The translations under genes and the position numbers were made by a program. A stretch of DNA of 46,516 nucleotides from Hyphochytrium catenoides (Eukaryota; Protista; Hyphochytriomycota), in contig FLMG01004217.1 in assembly GCA_900088475.1 (NCBI GenBank), forward strand, positions 1-46,516, in the 5' to 3' direction. This document shows, piece by piece, positions 13,629 to 25,383 of the stretch (its first letter is position 1; each line of letters opens with the position of its first letter). The notes under the pieces are model-generated. The model worked only from the letters and a program-made list of their open reading frames with translations, did no database searches and was not told where the DNA came from.

Positions 13629-14663
13629 AAGCAAGAGTGAGGCCGGAATGCGCGCAGAGTGGACATATGCACATAAACGGAAGCAATCTTTGCGGAAAAC
13701 GAGAGCTGAAAGCAAAGCGATACGGAGGAGAAAAGAGCAACATAGGACGAGGAAGAGTAAGACTGGCAAGCTACCACCATGGATAAGGAGACAAGCTACC
13801 ACCATGGATAAGGAGAGCCATACCACGTCATAAGATTAGATGAAGACAAGCAGGTCGGACGTACCTCCTACCGTGACAGCGAAGTAGCTAAAGTAGAACA
13901 GCAGAACGAGCAGCATCACCGACAGACCTATGTACAGCGCCAACCACCGATAAGGCCTGAAAGACGATAAGAGGTCAGTGTAGCCGTCCTCCCTACTTCC
14001 ACGATAATCCCTCTCAAGCTAGGGCGTCTATTGTCCTCCTCTTTGCATCATGGATCCAAAGACATTTTATCTCAAACATCCTTGAAGTCCACCCTAGTAC
14101 CTCCACTGTGTGACTGCAAAGATTGGCCTACCGGGAGATGAAGCCTTTGATATCGTCCCAAGCGTCGGCGGCGTTCCTCTTGAGCACTTCCTTTCCTTTG
14201 GCAAATCGCTTCCTTTTTCTCATCTCAGCGACTGAAAGGTTGGAAAGAGATGACAAAGCAGTCGGGGCCCGGGAGTCAGGAACTGTTCGAAAGAGGAAAG
14301 GCTGAGGAGCTCCTAGATTTACCTGGTGTCTCAATCACTTCCCCCTCCAGTGGGCTGATCAGATCAGAACCTGTGTAGCCAACTTGCTCTCCAGTGTCAA
14401 TGACTACTTTGGCTCCATCGCCATCCGCGCTGGGTTCTACACATCAATGCAATAAAGGCAGCATGGCGATTTCTTAGAAGAAAATGCAGATGACACATCC
14501 GGGACGGATACCAGTAGGCATGAGGAACTGGGCTATATAGGGCACGACAGAAGTAAAAAGATGTGCAAAGAGAACAGCGTATCGCCGCCTTGCGCAGAAG
14601 TTAGGTTAGTGCACACTCACCGGTCAACATAGTCACTTCCTCGGTGGCCACATTGGAAGACAT
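9702..14663 (-). CDS. LCCL-domain multi-pass membrane protein with C-terminal FN3-like segment, multi-exon
   Basis: Spliced model from ATG 14663 (MSSNVATEEVTMLT) to TAA 9702-9704, all GT-AG. After an N-terminal TM (WLALYIGLSVMLLVLLFYFSYF) comes NCGLNGDSCKPF..IRCPSGC, then the LCCL core VWGTGNYRGDSRICKAAIHAGVLPSKGGC..SLAFESWFPKSFQF. Several TM helices follow, including the family-like GLHMHH and GVFVNGITDFGW motifs, then YSLMLNGVMVYQG..LRPGTTYF. Resembles the fungal/oomycete-type LCCL membrane family. Confidence 0.88.
11108..11144 (+). repeat. (CAGA)n tetranucleotide repeat in an LCCL intron
   Basis: GACAGACAGACAGACAGACAGACAGACAGACAGA. Confidence 0.9.
13767..13816 (+). repeat. Exact 25-bp tandem duplication in an LCCL intron
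   Basis: CAAGCTACCACCATGGATAAGGAGA occurs twice (13767-13791, 13792-13816). Confidence 0.95.
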
Positions 14664-16037
14664 CCTGAACCAATCCAGTCGCTATCGTCGATGTCAAGTC
14701 CTCGGTTTCTCACTTTAGCCCTTGCAAAGTGCCACGTGCTCAGATATTGTCCATTTGCCAAAGCAGGGTTACAGTGACCGCCGGGACAGAGACTATGGGC
14801 ATGAAATAACCCCCAAGATGGGGACGTCACTCTTCAAATTTTCATAGGGTAGAGGCCAGCACGAATACGGAGATGCTCTTAGGTGCCTGTAGGAGATAAC
14901 CACCCGCGGAGCAAGCACTCTGACTTCCTTATGTCGTAAAGAGCTCTAGCTTTAATTAGGTTGATGATGCTTTAGTAAGGCTAACGGAGAGAGAAATTGC
15001 CCACGCTCTTAGAGCTTGTCACGTCTCTGGCAAGCTGGCAAGCCTCAGAGCCTAAGCTCGGCAGGAGCAGTGCACGGCGGCCCTGGGCGCGGGGCTGATG
15101 AACAGGGCGAAGGGGAAAGACAGAGGTGAAGCGAGAGAGGAGAGAGGGAGAGAGGAGCGGAGGCAGAGATGCGAAAGACGAACAAGAAACGTTCACATCA
15201 TTACATCATGGGACCAAAAAGAATCAACTAGCTGATTCTAATACAGTTATCAAAAATAAACAATACAACTAGCCAAACGACAGGGACACACGGTAGTACA
15301 TGATGGGGGACTGTGGCTTTTTTTATTCTCCTGCGACTATAGCGGCATTCCTATTAGGTATGGGAGCGTTCTCGATAAGAGGCCTCCTGGATTGTTTCAT
15401 TTGTGATATTTCTTGGTCTTAGTGACCATTCACCGGCTCTCTGTCCCTTTCTTTGATTGTTGTCTTCCTCCTCTTCTATGGAGAACAAACAGAAAATGTG
15501 AGGAAATTGTTGCCTGTGATCCCTTGAGCTTCAGAGACCGAGACAGAAAATAACAGCGCACAGACAGAGCGATAACGCCGACACAGAGTGGCTCTTGTGC
15601 CATACAATCATTCCCTGGCTGAGGCTGCTAAACGTCCACCTGACCTGCAGAGGTTTACATATGAAGGTTAAAGACAGAAGAGAGAACATCGCCGTTAGCA
15701 CACCTGCTTCTTTGTGACAGCGGTGGTTGGCCAAGCAAGTGCACTGTCCCCTCATCATCTCAATCACCACCTTCTTCTGTTGATCAGCGGTCCAAGAGGT
15801 GGTTGAGAGCTATCACACAGTGCAATCTCAGTCGCAGACGAACAGTCAGCAGCTTTATATAAAGAGCCACCGTACTCTTGCCGATGGAAAGGAAGCCACA
15901 CACAAAGGAGTTGAGCTTATTTGACGTGGATTCCAGAAAGAGTTGTACACACAAAGAGCTTCCAACATAGAGTCCATCTAGGAAGAACAAAGCAAGCAAG
16001 TATTTGGTCATCCTGTGACCAGTGGAAAGTAGGGACT

Positions 16038-16844
16038 ATGGTGCATCATACAGCAGCAGAAGAGTTTGTCCTTGTCCGACAGAACGACCTCGAGGACGTT
16101 GATAGAACGAACAAGGCTGAGATAGAGTCAGCATGGGCGACCGTGGACTGCGACCGACCAGATGTTGAGTCCCTGCCTGAGAGTCCGCGTTCAATGAACA
16201 CATTTGCCTCAGAGGAAGATGACTTGGATTTTGTTTCCATCTCTGTCCAACAAAAGCAAGCATCCGTGATGACGGGTGCACGAGAACTCTCCGGAGTACA
16301 GCAGGAGGGAAGCCCTTCTATGTCACTGTTGGATCTGCTCAAGGAGGCTGATACTCGGCCGGGAAAGCGAGATGTTCTGAGGACTCTTGTTCAGTTCCTG
16401 GATGCTGACAGCATCAACTCCCTTTCACAAAGCTCCTTATACATAGAGAAAAGGCTAGAGGAAGCGTCGTACATGGAGAGCGTTTGGCGCAAGCTGTTCC
16501 TTTCCAAGTTTGGAAAGGGGAAGACCGACAAGAGACACCGCCATTGGAAGAGTATGAAATTTGAAGTAAGGTCTTTTTGGAGGGCGCAGTACATGGAAGA
16601 GTACGCTCTTGAGAAGAAAGAGCAATTGAGGTTAGCGCAAATTGCGGAGCTTAAGGATATGATGACTCTGCGCGAAGAGACAAACGAGGCGATGAAGACC
16701 GTTGGAAACACTGTGCTGGCAGGCTTGACGAAGCAGCAGTGCCGCGAGTACTATAAATCCATTAGGTCGAAGCCGCAGGGAAAGCGTGGCAAGGGCTGCA
16801 GTCGTACCCATGAGGAACCTTACTATGACGCTTACAGCTTTTAG
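16038..16844 (+). CDS. F-box-like protein with acidic disordered N-terminus, single exon
   Basis: Long open frame with first ATG at 16038. RDVLRTLVQFLDADSINSLSQSS...ESVWRKLFLSKFG resembles an F-box plus its following W-helix. A coiled-coil-like C-terminal part follows. Confidence 0.65.
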   Translation: MVHHTAAEEFVLVRQNDLEDVDRTNKAEIESAWATVDCDRPDVESLPESPRSMNTFASEEDDLDFVSISVQQKQASVMTGARELSGVQQEGSPSMSLLDLLKEADTRPGKRDVLRTLVQFLDADSINSLSQSSLYIEKRLEEASYMESVWRKLFLSKFGKGKTDKRHRHWKSMKFEVRSFWRAQYMEEYALEKKEQLRLAQIAELKDMMTLREETNEAMKTVGNTVLAGLTKQQCREYYKSIRSKPQGKRGKGCSRTHEEPYYDAYSF

Positions 16845-17922
16845 GGTACTGTATGTGAGGGGAAGGTCATGGGTATTGATGTGGCAGTTCAGTATGGTAG
16901 GTTTAGGCAATGAGTTTAGAAAGGATTGATAAATAGATATTTACCGCGTTGTGCCCCGTTTGCTGACGCCGTGGAAAGGTTCTTGGTGCGGAGCATTTGT
17001 TACCTTGGACGATTAATCCATAAAGTAAAGGAATGGGAAGGAGGATGTTAATCTAGTGGTTTCCTAGGCCCCTTGATTGTGTCTCTCTTTATCCGGCCGT
17101 CATTATAGTTACTCCGCACTATTTTTGAGCTTGAGTGTGGAGGTCGTTAACCAAAGCAGGCATGATGTTGAGGGCTCCGACTTATGTGATATGTCATTTA
17201 CTGCTCTGCTAATGCCTGGCTATGAGTCTGTATCCGTCATCTTGGCTGGTTTGGCCGAAGGAAGGTGTTCCTCCTCTCCATCAGCACTTCACGCGCGTTT
17301 GGGCCTAGGGTTAACTGCCAGAAGTGGAAGTCTAGAAAAAGGGTTTCTTTCTTCATGGTAGCTCGCCGCGCTTGAGATCCCGTTGGTAGGAGTATAGAAC
17401 CTGCCACTAATCATCATGATGATCCCTTGCTTCCGGCTCTGTCAATCATCATCATCATCATTATTAGTGGAGAAGGACACAAACCATCAACTGGCCTCCT
17501 AATATAGTCCCTAAGGCTTTAAAGTCAAAGATATCAGTGCCTTGAAAACAGGTCTGTACGTCCCTATTATAGTAAAATACAGCACTCACAGGTTTTTGAA
17601 TTCCCTATATTAACGCGTTTTGCAGATTCCGGTTCGTAAGGTCCGTTGTTCCGCTAAAGTATCTGTATTGGAGTCGATCATCTGGCGCTGAGATCTCAAA
17701 CTAAAGACGGAGCTCTATGACCCGAAGACAGTGGTTTCTCGGCCCCAAGCCGATCATTCACCTTAGCAGCCACTGACAGAAGAGCTCTCCTGCTGGTCAG
17801 TGAGGCGCTGCTCTTCATTTAGCTTACCGCTCCGGTGGGGATAGGCCTCACACGCGGGACAAGGAATCCTACTTGTCGCCCATAGTTCGTGGCGAAGTAC
17901 CTTGGCGGTGAGACTTGGTACC

Positions 17923-19506
17923 ATGTCATCCAAAAAGAAGGGGAAGCGAAACAAGCCTGTCCAGCAAGGTGGAACGGCAGGTGACTTTGGAGGCATGCCG
18001 GACTTCGGTTTCCCCGGGATGGGAATGCCAGGTAGGAGGAAAGAAAGGGACGGTTTTAGGTGGAACCAGCCATTCCAAAGATTACTCTTAGCGAGATAAG
18101 CTAGAGAGACGGCCCGTCGACAAGTCTCCTTAGCCAGACTTTCTTGCATAGGCTTTCCTGACCTCGCAGGCATGGATCCGCGGATGCTACAGCAGGCAGA
18201 GGAAGAGGCACGTAGAATGCAGGAGATGCAAGCCAAGGCAGCGCAGGCTCAGGCTCAAGCCGAAGGTACCCAGATTAATGGGGGAGTCACGCTTCCTGAG
18301 CAGAGTAGTTTAGCATGCCTCGACTTCTCTCCTATGTCGCAAACCTACTCTGACATGTCAGAATTTACCTCTCTTCCTATCTGCATGACCTCGATCAGAT
18401 GATCTTTATGGCTAGACTTTTTCTTCAAGATATCTTTGTAACTCTACATGGCCCCAGGCCCGCGCTATGACACCAGCAAGTGGATTACTATCTACCCGCA
18501 GTACTTGGATTCTCTGAAGACAGTCGCCGAAGGAAGGCGCATCGCGAAAGAGCGAGCTTGTAAGTGTAGATAGACTGTTACAAAGAGGTTCTCTCTCTCT
18601 TTCTCGCTCGCTCTTTCTTTCTGCCTCCATTTTCTCTGCTCCCTGGGTCTCCGCTCTCTTTCTTCCTCCCGTGTCTCAATGCTTTCTCCAACCGCTCTTC
18701 ATGGTTTCGTCTGCCGTCTCATCTCCCCTCTGGCATAACTCCGCCTTCTGTGTTGGTGAAGTTCCCTCTAATGTGTTGATCTACACCCGTCTACCGTTCC
18801 TGCTTCTATCCTTAGTTTCCTTGAAATGATCAATCACTTGTGCTAGATCTCCGCCTCCTTCCGGCCCTCTCGGTCTAGCTAACTTCTGTCATACAGGTGA
18901 AAAGCCTACCGTCCAGGACATCTCCGAAGTACTGAAGTTTTGGAAGATATACCATGCTGTGGAGGTAAGCCACCACCATGCCATAGTCACAGGCGAGAGA
19001 GAGGGAGATAGCGCTCAGCGTTGATGCAAGCGTCATTCACTTCTTGACGCAACTAAATGGTGCTGATGTAGGTTAAGGCCTATCCTCGGGACTGGATCAA
19101 TCCCGGCCGCGTTAAGGTCAAGTTGTTCGACGACAACAGACATCCAGTGCATCCTGAGATCACAAATAGTGCGTCTTTTGTCTTATTCTCTATTCACTGT
19201 CTACCTCTTTATCTTCCACTGTTACGTCTAGGCTACGAATGGACCTCTCTACCAACGTCTCGCCATTCGGGATTGTGCACAACCTCAATCTCTGTGCCGT
19301 ACCATTTCCCTTTCCTGACCTAACTGCACATTTCCAATTGTACAGAGAAGCAACTTCTTCATGAGTTGGCAGACAAGATCCCAAAACTGAAGTCGCGGGA
19401 AGAGCGACTCAAGAACGCGCAAAGCAGTCAAAAATCTTCCACATCATTGCCTGCTCCCGCCACCACATCGTCCACTAACAAGAAGAAAGGGAAAAAGAAG
19501 CGATAA
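17923..19506 (+). CDS. SRP19: Signal recognition particle 19 kDa protein (SRP19/Sec65)
   Basis: Exons 17923-18031, 18152-18265, 18458-18559, 18897-18964, 19072-19168, 19346-19506 splice in frame. Product: KWITIYPQYLDSLKTVAEGRRIAKERACEKPTVQDISEVL..KAYPRDWINPGRVKVKL..KKQLLHELADKIPKLKSR..KKKGKKKR, the canonical SRP19 motifs. Confidence 0.96.
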
Positions 19507-19999
19507 ACGATGGGCCAAGCTGGAGACACCCAGCAGTCTCGCAGGCTAGATAGGTAGACCTTCGTTCAGAGGAGGCTGTGACGAGAGACGGACAGGATGA
19601 TAGTGTTAGTAACATTGTGCAGGAAAAAGCGCGCAACGTTTCAGATAAATTTATTAGATCTCAATCAGGGCGACGATATGGGAGTCACTCCTTACGGCAT
19701 TAGGGCAGTGATAGCACATTGCCCTAGTCCTAGCTTGGAAACTGGATATGAAGAAGCAACAAGGAGCTATAATCACTGATAAAAGTCAACAGAGCGAAGT
19801 CTCAGCTTTGTACATGTTTTTTCTTGTCCTACTAGCGGGATATGAGGACTAACAGGGAGGTCCTTCTTGTGCTCTCTGTCTATTTAGGAGCATATTCAGC
19901 CTATTCATGCTGCCATGTTTTCCCCTCGCTTCTGTCCGCTTCGTCCTTATATCCTGCTTTCCTAATCTCTCTGGGCCCATTGTCTCTCCCGTCCTCCGG

Positions 20000-22560
20000 C
20001 GCTGTTCCTCTACTAGGCCCAACTTCCAAGCTCGGTTCTCGTAGTGCCCGTCTCGGCGTACCTTGATCTACCTCTTGCTATCACTCTATTCAAGGCCCTC
20101 TACTAGGCAATCTGATTATTGGTGGCGAGCCTGTCGGGCGCCTTGCAGCCGGAGTTATTACCTGTTGACGTTTTGCCGTTCGCCTGGTCCTTTTCTGAAG
20201 ATCATAACCCCTCTATCCTTGACAGTGGAAGGGGCACCTTTTCGTCGAAGACAGAGAGACCTCAAGCGGCTGTCCCTGTCATTCGTCTCTCTCACTCTCG
20301 AAAGTGATCAACAATATAATGACAATACCATTTGATCATTGTTGACAGTCCCTTGACACTGATGGTCCTAGACATTGATCACAAGGTCGGCGAGAAGTTG
20401 CTTACGGAAAAATCTTCAGATGAAAGCGATGTCACACGGCGCTTGGGCTCTGGTTTGTTGCTTGAGAATTCGTTGTTGGTCGCTTGGACTTTTCTTCTCT
20501 TTTGTTGATTGGGCATTGTTTCAGGCTGCGGGGCCTGAGGTGGACTCTCCGAGAATGAGGGACTGGCTCTTGTTCGCTACTTTAGACACACTCACATTCG
20601 GACTACTCAAGGAAAACGAGAAGGTGGCGTGAAAGCTAGACTCTTTGCCGCCACCACCGCCAGTGCTGATCGCAAGCTATAGCCCTCAAAGTGGACTCTG
20701 AGAACATCACAAGTGAGGAATTGAGGCTGGCTTACACTAAGAAGAGCTCATTGAAGCGTCAATGATTGAGTCTTGGATGACTACCTCTAGCTCAGTACTA
20801 TCCAGATATACGCTTCGATAGGGTCGAGAAGGGCGATGTCCTAGCAATCAGTATACGGATGGCTAACAGGATTGTTCTCTCTGTCCTCCTGGGAAATATC
20901 AAGCCGTATATGCATTACATTCTACTCTACATCCAGAAAGGACAGGTTTCTGCCTCCTCCTTAGATTTATAATAGGTTGTTACATGCTGCTCCATTAGGC
21001 TCTACTAATGGGACGGAGTACCGGGCTTGCGGGAGCAGAAGTAGTATCTTCCTAACTCCACTTCCGGGCAGGCAGACATTAGTATATTCGATGGCTGTAC
21101 GCTTCCTCCTCTCGGTTGTGTGCCGCAAGAAAAGGAAGAGATCTCTACTTCAATAGGAGCACATGCATGTGGACACAATGGTGCAAGCAGGAGGGAAGAG
21201 GATTCCAAGTGGAAGGTAGTAGGGAAGGACCATAAACTGACGTGATGGGCGGTATGCGGCCAAAACATTGGCAGCTTCCTCGACGGCGCTTTCCATCATT
21301 GGACCGTTGACATTTGGTGGCTGGTCTGCTAGTCTCATTATAAGACTCGCCTCCCCTTCCGCCGTCATTCTGCTCCCGATAGCTTAGACGCGCCTGTTGA
21401 CTGCTTGAAATATGTCAACTCTCCCTCTTCTCTCTTCTTCTCTCATCGTCACTGTCAGGCCCAGGCCCCATCTCTCGTCATCATTTATTGCTACGAGTAC
21501 TGCTTCTGACCCCTGTAACCCCCTACTTTCTTCAGCCTTCAACATCTCCACTTGCTTCACTACTCCTTCCCACCGCCGGGTCTTGAAGTCTCGGTCTGCG
21601 GCTCACTAGAAGGAGAACACAAGACAGCAGAGAGAGAAAGAGAGTTTGAAGAAGGAGAGAGGGATTGCGATAGAGGGAAGGACAGCAACAAAGAGAGCGT
21701 CCTCTGCAGGTAAGTGGAGAGCGGGTAGACACTAGTCACTGATCTCACGCCAATGTATGCACTCTGCACGAGAAAGAACCTTGTGGGAGTAGTAGCAGAA
21801 GCAATGAACTCAAGAAAGCAAGGATTTGAGAATAAGCCTATTGAGAGCGTGAGGCGGAGAGACCTAAAGAAGAATCAAGAAATGAGATCTGGGAAAATGT
21901 CCTTTCGCCTTTGTCTCCCTGCTTGGGTAGGATAGACAACCACCTAACAAGGGGAAGGAACAGATTGTTGTCCGCCAAAAGAGACACAAGAAGAAAGCAC
22001 GCAAGAGAAGACGACGGCGAGGAAGGGGATAAAGGCGTTTAGATAGGGAACAGAGACCAAGCAGAACAAATGAAGAAAAGCGTGAGCAGAAGAAACGAGA
22101 AAAGTGCTTTCCACCCCAATGAAGCGCCGCCATCCTCTTCTGGATAGAAGGGCAGCAAAGGGTGGTGGATGCTTCCAGGCAGTGAAATCATCAAGGCTCG
22201 TGTCCTTCTTCCTTTCACTTTTCTCTCGACCTTGTTACTCCCATTACGGACTGCTCCTCATCCAGGAGTAGAGCTTTGTCTCTCAACTTCTTCCTTCTTG
22301 GTCAACTAGAGATGAGATGATGGCTCTCGGACAGGAAGGAGGAGGATAAACTGCTGATGACGAACGATGTTGACAGATAAACCCTGGGCCAGAACCGCTG
22401 TTAGATGATCATGACCAGACTCTCCTCTGTCCATCTTCTTCCATCTCTCCCCCTGCCCTCCTGCTACTTCTATTCCATGAGCTTCCACCATGATGTGCCA
22501 GCACTCTGTACATTCCTTGTCTCTCTCATCTCCCCACCATCACTCCCAAACAGCAGAAAC
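20000..22560 (-). pseudogene. Decayed coding-like sequence of unknown family
   Basis: The minus frame across about 21603-20970 reads as protein-like text (EAVLVAINDDERWGLGLTVTMR..VDIFQAVNRRV*AIGSRMTAEGEASLIMRLADQPP..), interrupted by isolated stops. More fragments occur near 22306-22491 and 20050-20300, separated by intron-like tracts that are pyrimidine-rich on the minus strand. Confidence 0.3.
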
Positions 22561-22709
22561 GCCTTGTGACTACTGTCAGTGAGTTAGAAGATGGAATGAC
22601 GGCTTATTCTTTCTTTCAGATGCACAGATTGCTGTTCTTTATCCCTTGAATCCTTGGGTTCTGGGGAAGGCAAAGGACGGACTTTCTGTTGGATGCCAAA
22701 GCTTTTAGC

Positions 22710-22910
22710 AGAGGAAAGAGGGACAGAGAGAGAGAGACAAAGATACAGCAAGAGGGACAAAGACAGAAAGAGGGACACAGAGAGAGAGGGACAGAGACAG
22801 AGAGAGAGACAAAGAGAGAGCGAGGGGGAGCGAGAGAGAGGGACAGAGAGAGAGAGGGACAGAGAGAGGCGAGGGAGAGAGAGAGGAAGAATAAGACAGC
22901 TGAGAGAGGC
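22710..22910 (+). repeat. Compound (GA)n microsatellite
   Basis: GA/GACA-rich tract. Confidence 0.9.
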
Positions 22911-22959
22911 AACAGAACGCACGCTGTACGACAAAGAGAGCCACAGACGTGGCCGTCAA

Positions 22960-23330
22960 AAATTTCGTGTCACCTACCCATCGAACATCTAGAATAACTC
23001 AATCATGTTCCTACTATATCGCTAACTGGGCCGATTTTATATTGGGAATAGTTAAAGTTAACTGGCGACATATTACTACGTTCATGATGACATAAAGAGC
23101 ACTGATTACTTCTTTCACCTGGCGTATTATTGCACTTTACAACAGACTGAACACCTCCGACACTTTTCGTCCCTATTTTTCAAGGATTTCATGCGACTGA
23201 TTTCCTCCGACCCTTTCACTATTAAAAATATCCGGAAACCTATATTCCGTTTGTTTCACCAAGGAAACATTTCGGTATATACACTTGCTTTGGGCGTTGC
23301 AAGCGGAAGGAGGCAAGCAATGGAGGGGAG
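22960..23330. promoter_or_regulatory. Putative bidirectional promoter core
   Basis: AT-richer, microsatellite-free island. It is flanked by a GA tract on the left (CT on the minus strand) and a CT tract on the right that leads into the 24334 gene. Contains a 50-bp-period motif repeat. Confidence 0.4.
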
Positions 23331-23429
23331 GCCGTTAGCGGCTCTGTTGCCTTGGTCAGCTCCTGTACACTTCACAGTCTTCCAAGCTCCCAAAGGGCAG
23401 TGCAGGGGATAAACTCTGCAGCCTGGGTT

Positions 23430-23818
23430 CTTCTTTCTCTCTCTCTCTCTCTCTTTTTCTCTCTCTCCTTTTCTCTCTCACTCTCTCTCTCCTTTCCTCT
23501 CCCTCTCTCTCTTTCTTTCTCTCTCTCTCTCTTTCTTTCTCTCTCTCTCTCTCTTTCTTTCTCTCTCTCTCTCTCTCCTTTTCTCTCTCTGCTTCACCTC
23601 CTATCTCTCCCTCTTTTGTCTCCCCTCTCTCTTCGTCGTGCTTCTGATGAATCTCTTCTGCTCTTGTATCCTTTTCACCACCTTGTGGCAGCTTATCAAT
23701 CTGTTTGTCTTGAGTCTTCAGCTGTTGATGGTGGTCATCGAGGGATGGAAGAGAGAGGTAACAGGTGGGAGAGAGAAAGAGGCAGAGGAGGGAGAGGAAG
23801 AGAGAGAGAGGAGGAGAC

Positions 23819-23855
<37 letters not shown>
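23430..23855 (+). repeat. (CT)n tract (23430-23635) followed by a (GA)n tract (23768-23855)
   Basis: Direct reading. The two tracts are mutually complementary and lie upstream of the 24334 gene. Confidence 0.9.
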
Positions 23856-23856
<1 letters not shown>

Positions 23857-24333
23857 GCACCAGCGAAGCAGGATCATAAGAATAACCATCCTTTACCAAG
23901 GCGGAATCAGGAGAGAAGAGACGGGAGTTCTTTGCCCGGTTTGCTCTGTCTTCTGGAGGAGGCATTGAAGCTACGGCCCTTCTTTCCTCACTTCCTGTTA
24001 GTGTGTCAACCCTCCGCCGCTCAGTCTCTGCAGCATCCTCATAAATCTCTTTCTTCCTTTCTCACTCTGTCCTATATATGCCGCAAAGCTGCAAGTGTCA
24101 GGAGCTCCAGTTGACGGAAAACCTTCATGTCGCCACGCCTTCCTCAGCGTGTCTGAGTGTACAAGCCGCGCATTCCTTTCTCATTGTCGACGATCGTCTT
24201 CTCCATCGCTCAGTTCTCACTCTTGCGTGGTCCTTTTGCCCTTCCTTTTTCTGTCAAACCGCTTCTTTAGTCCTAACGCAGCGGGACGTCATTGCAAAAG
24301 GGCAAATTGCTCGACCTCCTAAGTAAAGGCAGA

Positions 24334-25383
24334 ATGTTGCTGCGGTGTCGCGCAGTGGCTATTGCCTTCCTTCTCCTACTGAACAGCTTTCTTTTTCTCT
24401 CCACGGCTGAAGAAGTTATCGTCCCCAGGTCAGGTGCGAGACGGCTTCGCTCTCTGCAATTTGATGCGTCGGTTCTTAATGCCCAACCCGGAGAGACATT
24501 CGTTGTCTTCTCTTCAAACTTTATCAACCTCCGAGTAGACGGCCTGCCTGCCCTCCAGGCTTATGAGAGAACGTTGATGGCGGTCTATGTGCTGCCAAAT
24601 AAGGGAGACGTGCTCTTCTTAGGTGAAGGAGGCAAAGTGCCGCCGGTAACGGATGGAATCATGGCAGTGACGACCGTTCTTAGGGCCCGAGGAGCGCAAG
24701 AGGAAAAGCGCTTGCTCGGGATGGTCAGCGATCAGCAGCAGAAAAACCTGATTGCGGACCGATTGTCTCGGGACCGCATTATTTTTGGTCGGGCAGACCT
24801 GGAGATCACAAGGATTCGGACAACCACTGGCGTTGTACCTCCAGCTCCAATCCCTAGCCCGAGCCCTAACTCGAACCCCACGCCAGCTTCTCCGTCTCCG
24901 GTGCCTTCGGATACGCTACCTCCTACACCACCGATCGTTACAAATGGGCCGGGTGCTGGACTGCCGCCTGCACCTTCGCCCCAGACGCCAACAGCTGGCG
25001 GTGGTCAAACCCCGACAGTTGACAGTGCCCAGGCTCCCTCTTCCAACCCTGGCGGCGGGACGCCAATCAACAATCAAGCAGAGAAGAAGGATGGCGGGGG
25101 AATGAACCAAACCCTCTTTATTGCGCTGATAGTCATTGGCGCAGTCGTCCTCACAGCTCTTCTCGTCTTTGCTGCAGTGGTGTGGCGACGGAGACGAGCT
25201 CAGAGGCGTGCTTACGACGGAGCTCCAGACATAACTCCGACGGATGGAGCTCGGTTGTCTCCAGGCTATAGCACGAACCGCAGCCTCTCTGATAGGTTTA
25301 CCAGCTGGCTCTCTCTTTCTAAGAGACAGTTCGCGCCCTCACCAACGAGGAAGAGCGTTGATCACAAAGAATATATCTTCTAG
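24334..25383 (+). CDS. Type I single-pass membrane/surface protein (signal peptide, small globular domain, Pro/Thr/Ser stalk, TM, cytoplasmic tail)
   Basis: Single-exon ORF from ATG 24334. MLLRCRAVAIAFLLLLNSFLFLSTA is signal-like; PAPIPSPSPNSNPTPASPSP is the stalk; TM LFIALIVIGAVVLTALLVFAAVVW is followed by the RRRR stop-transfer. Confidence 0.85.
   Translation: MLLRCRAVAIAFLLLLNSFLFLSTAEEVIVPRSGARRLRSLQFDASVLNAQPGETFVVFSSNFINLRVDGLPALQAYERTLMAVYVLPNKGDVLFLGEGGKVPPVTDGIMAVTTVLRARGAQEEKRLLGMVSDQQQKNLIADRLSRDRIIFGRADLEITRIRTTTGVVPPAPIPSPSPNSNPTPASPSPVPSDTLPPTPPIVTNGPGAGLPPAPSPQTPTAGGGQTPTVDSAQAPSSNPGGGTPINNQAEKKDGGGMNQTLFIALIVIGAVVLTALLVFAAVVWRRRRAQRRAYDGAPDITPTDGARLSPGYSTNRSLSDRFTSWLSLSKRQFAPSPTRKSVDHKEYIF

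Noticed and set aside
20700-20810. DnaJ-like string SEELRLAY..YYPD
   Set aside because: No HPD, wrong spacing and stops between the parts.
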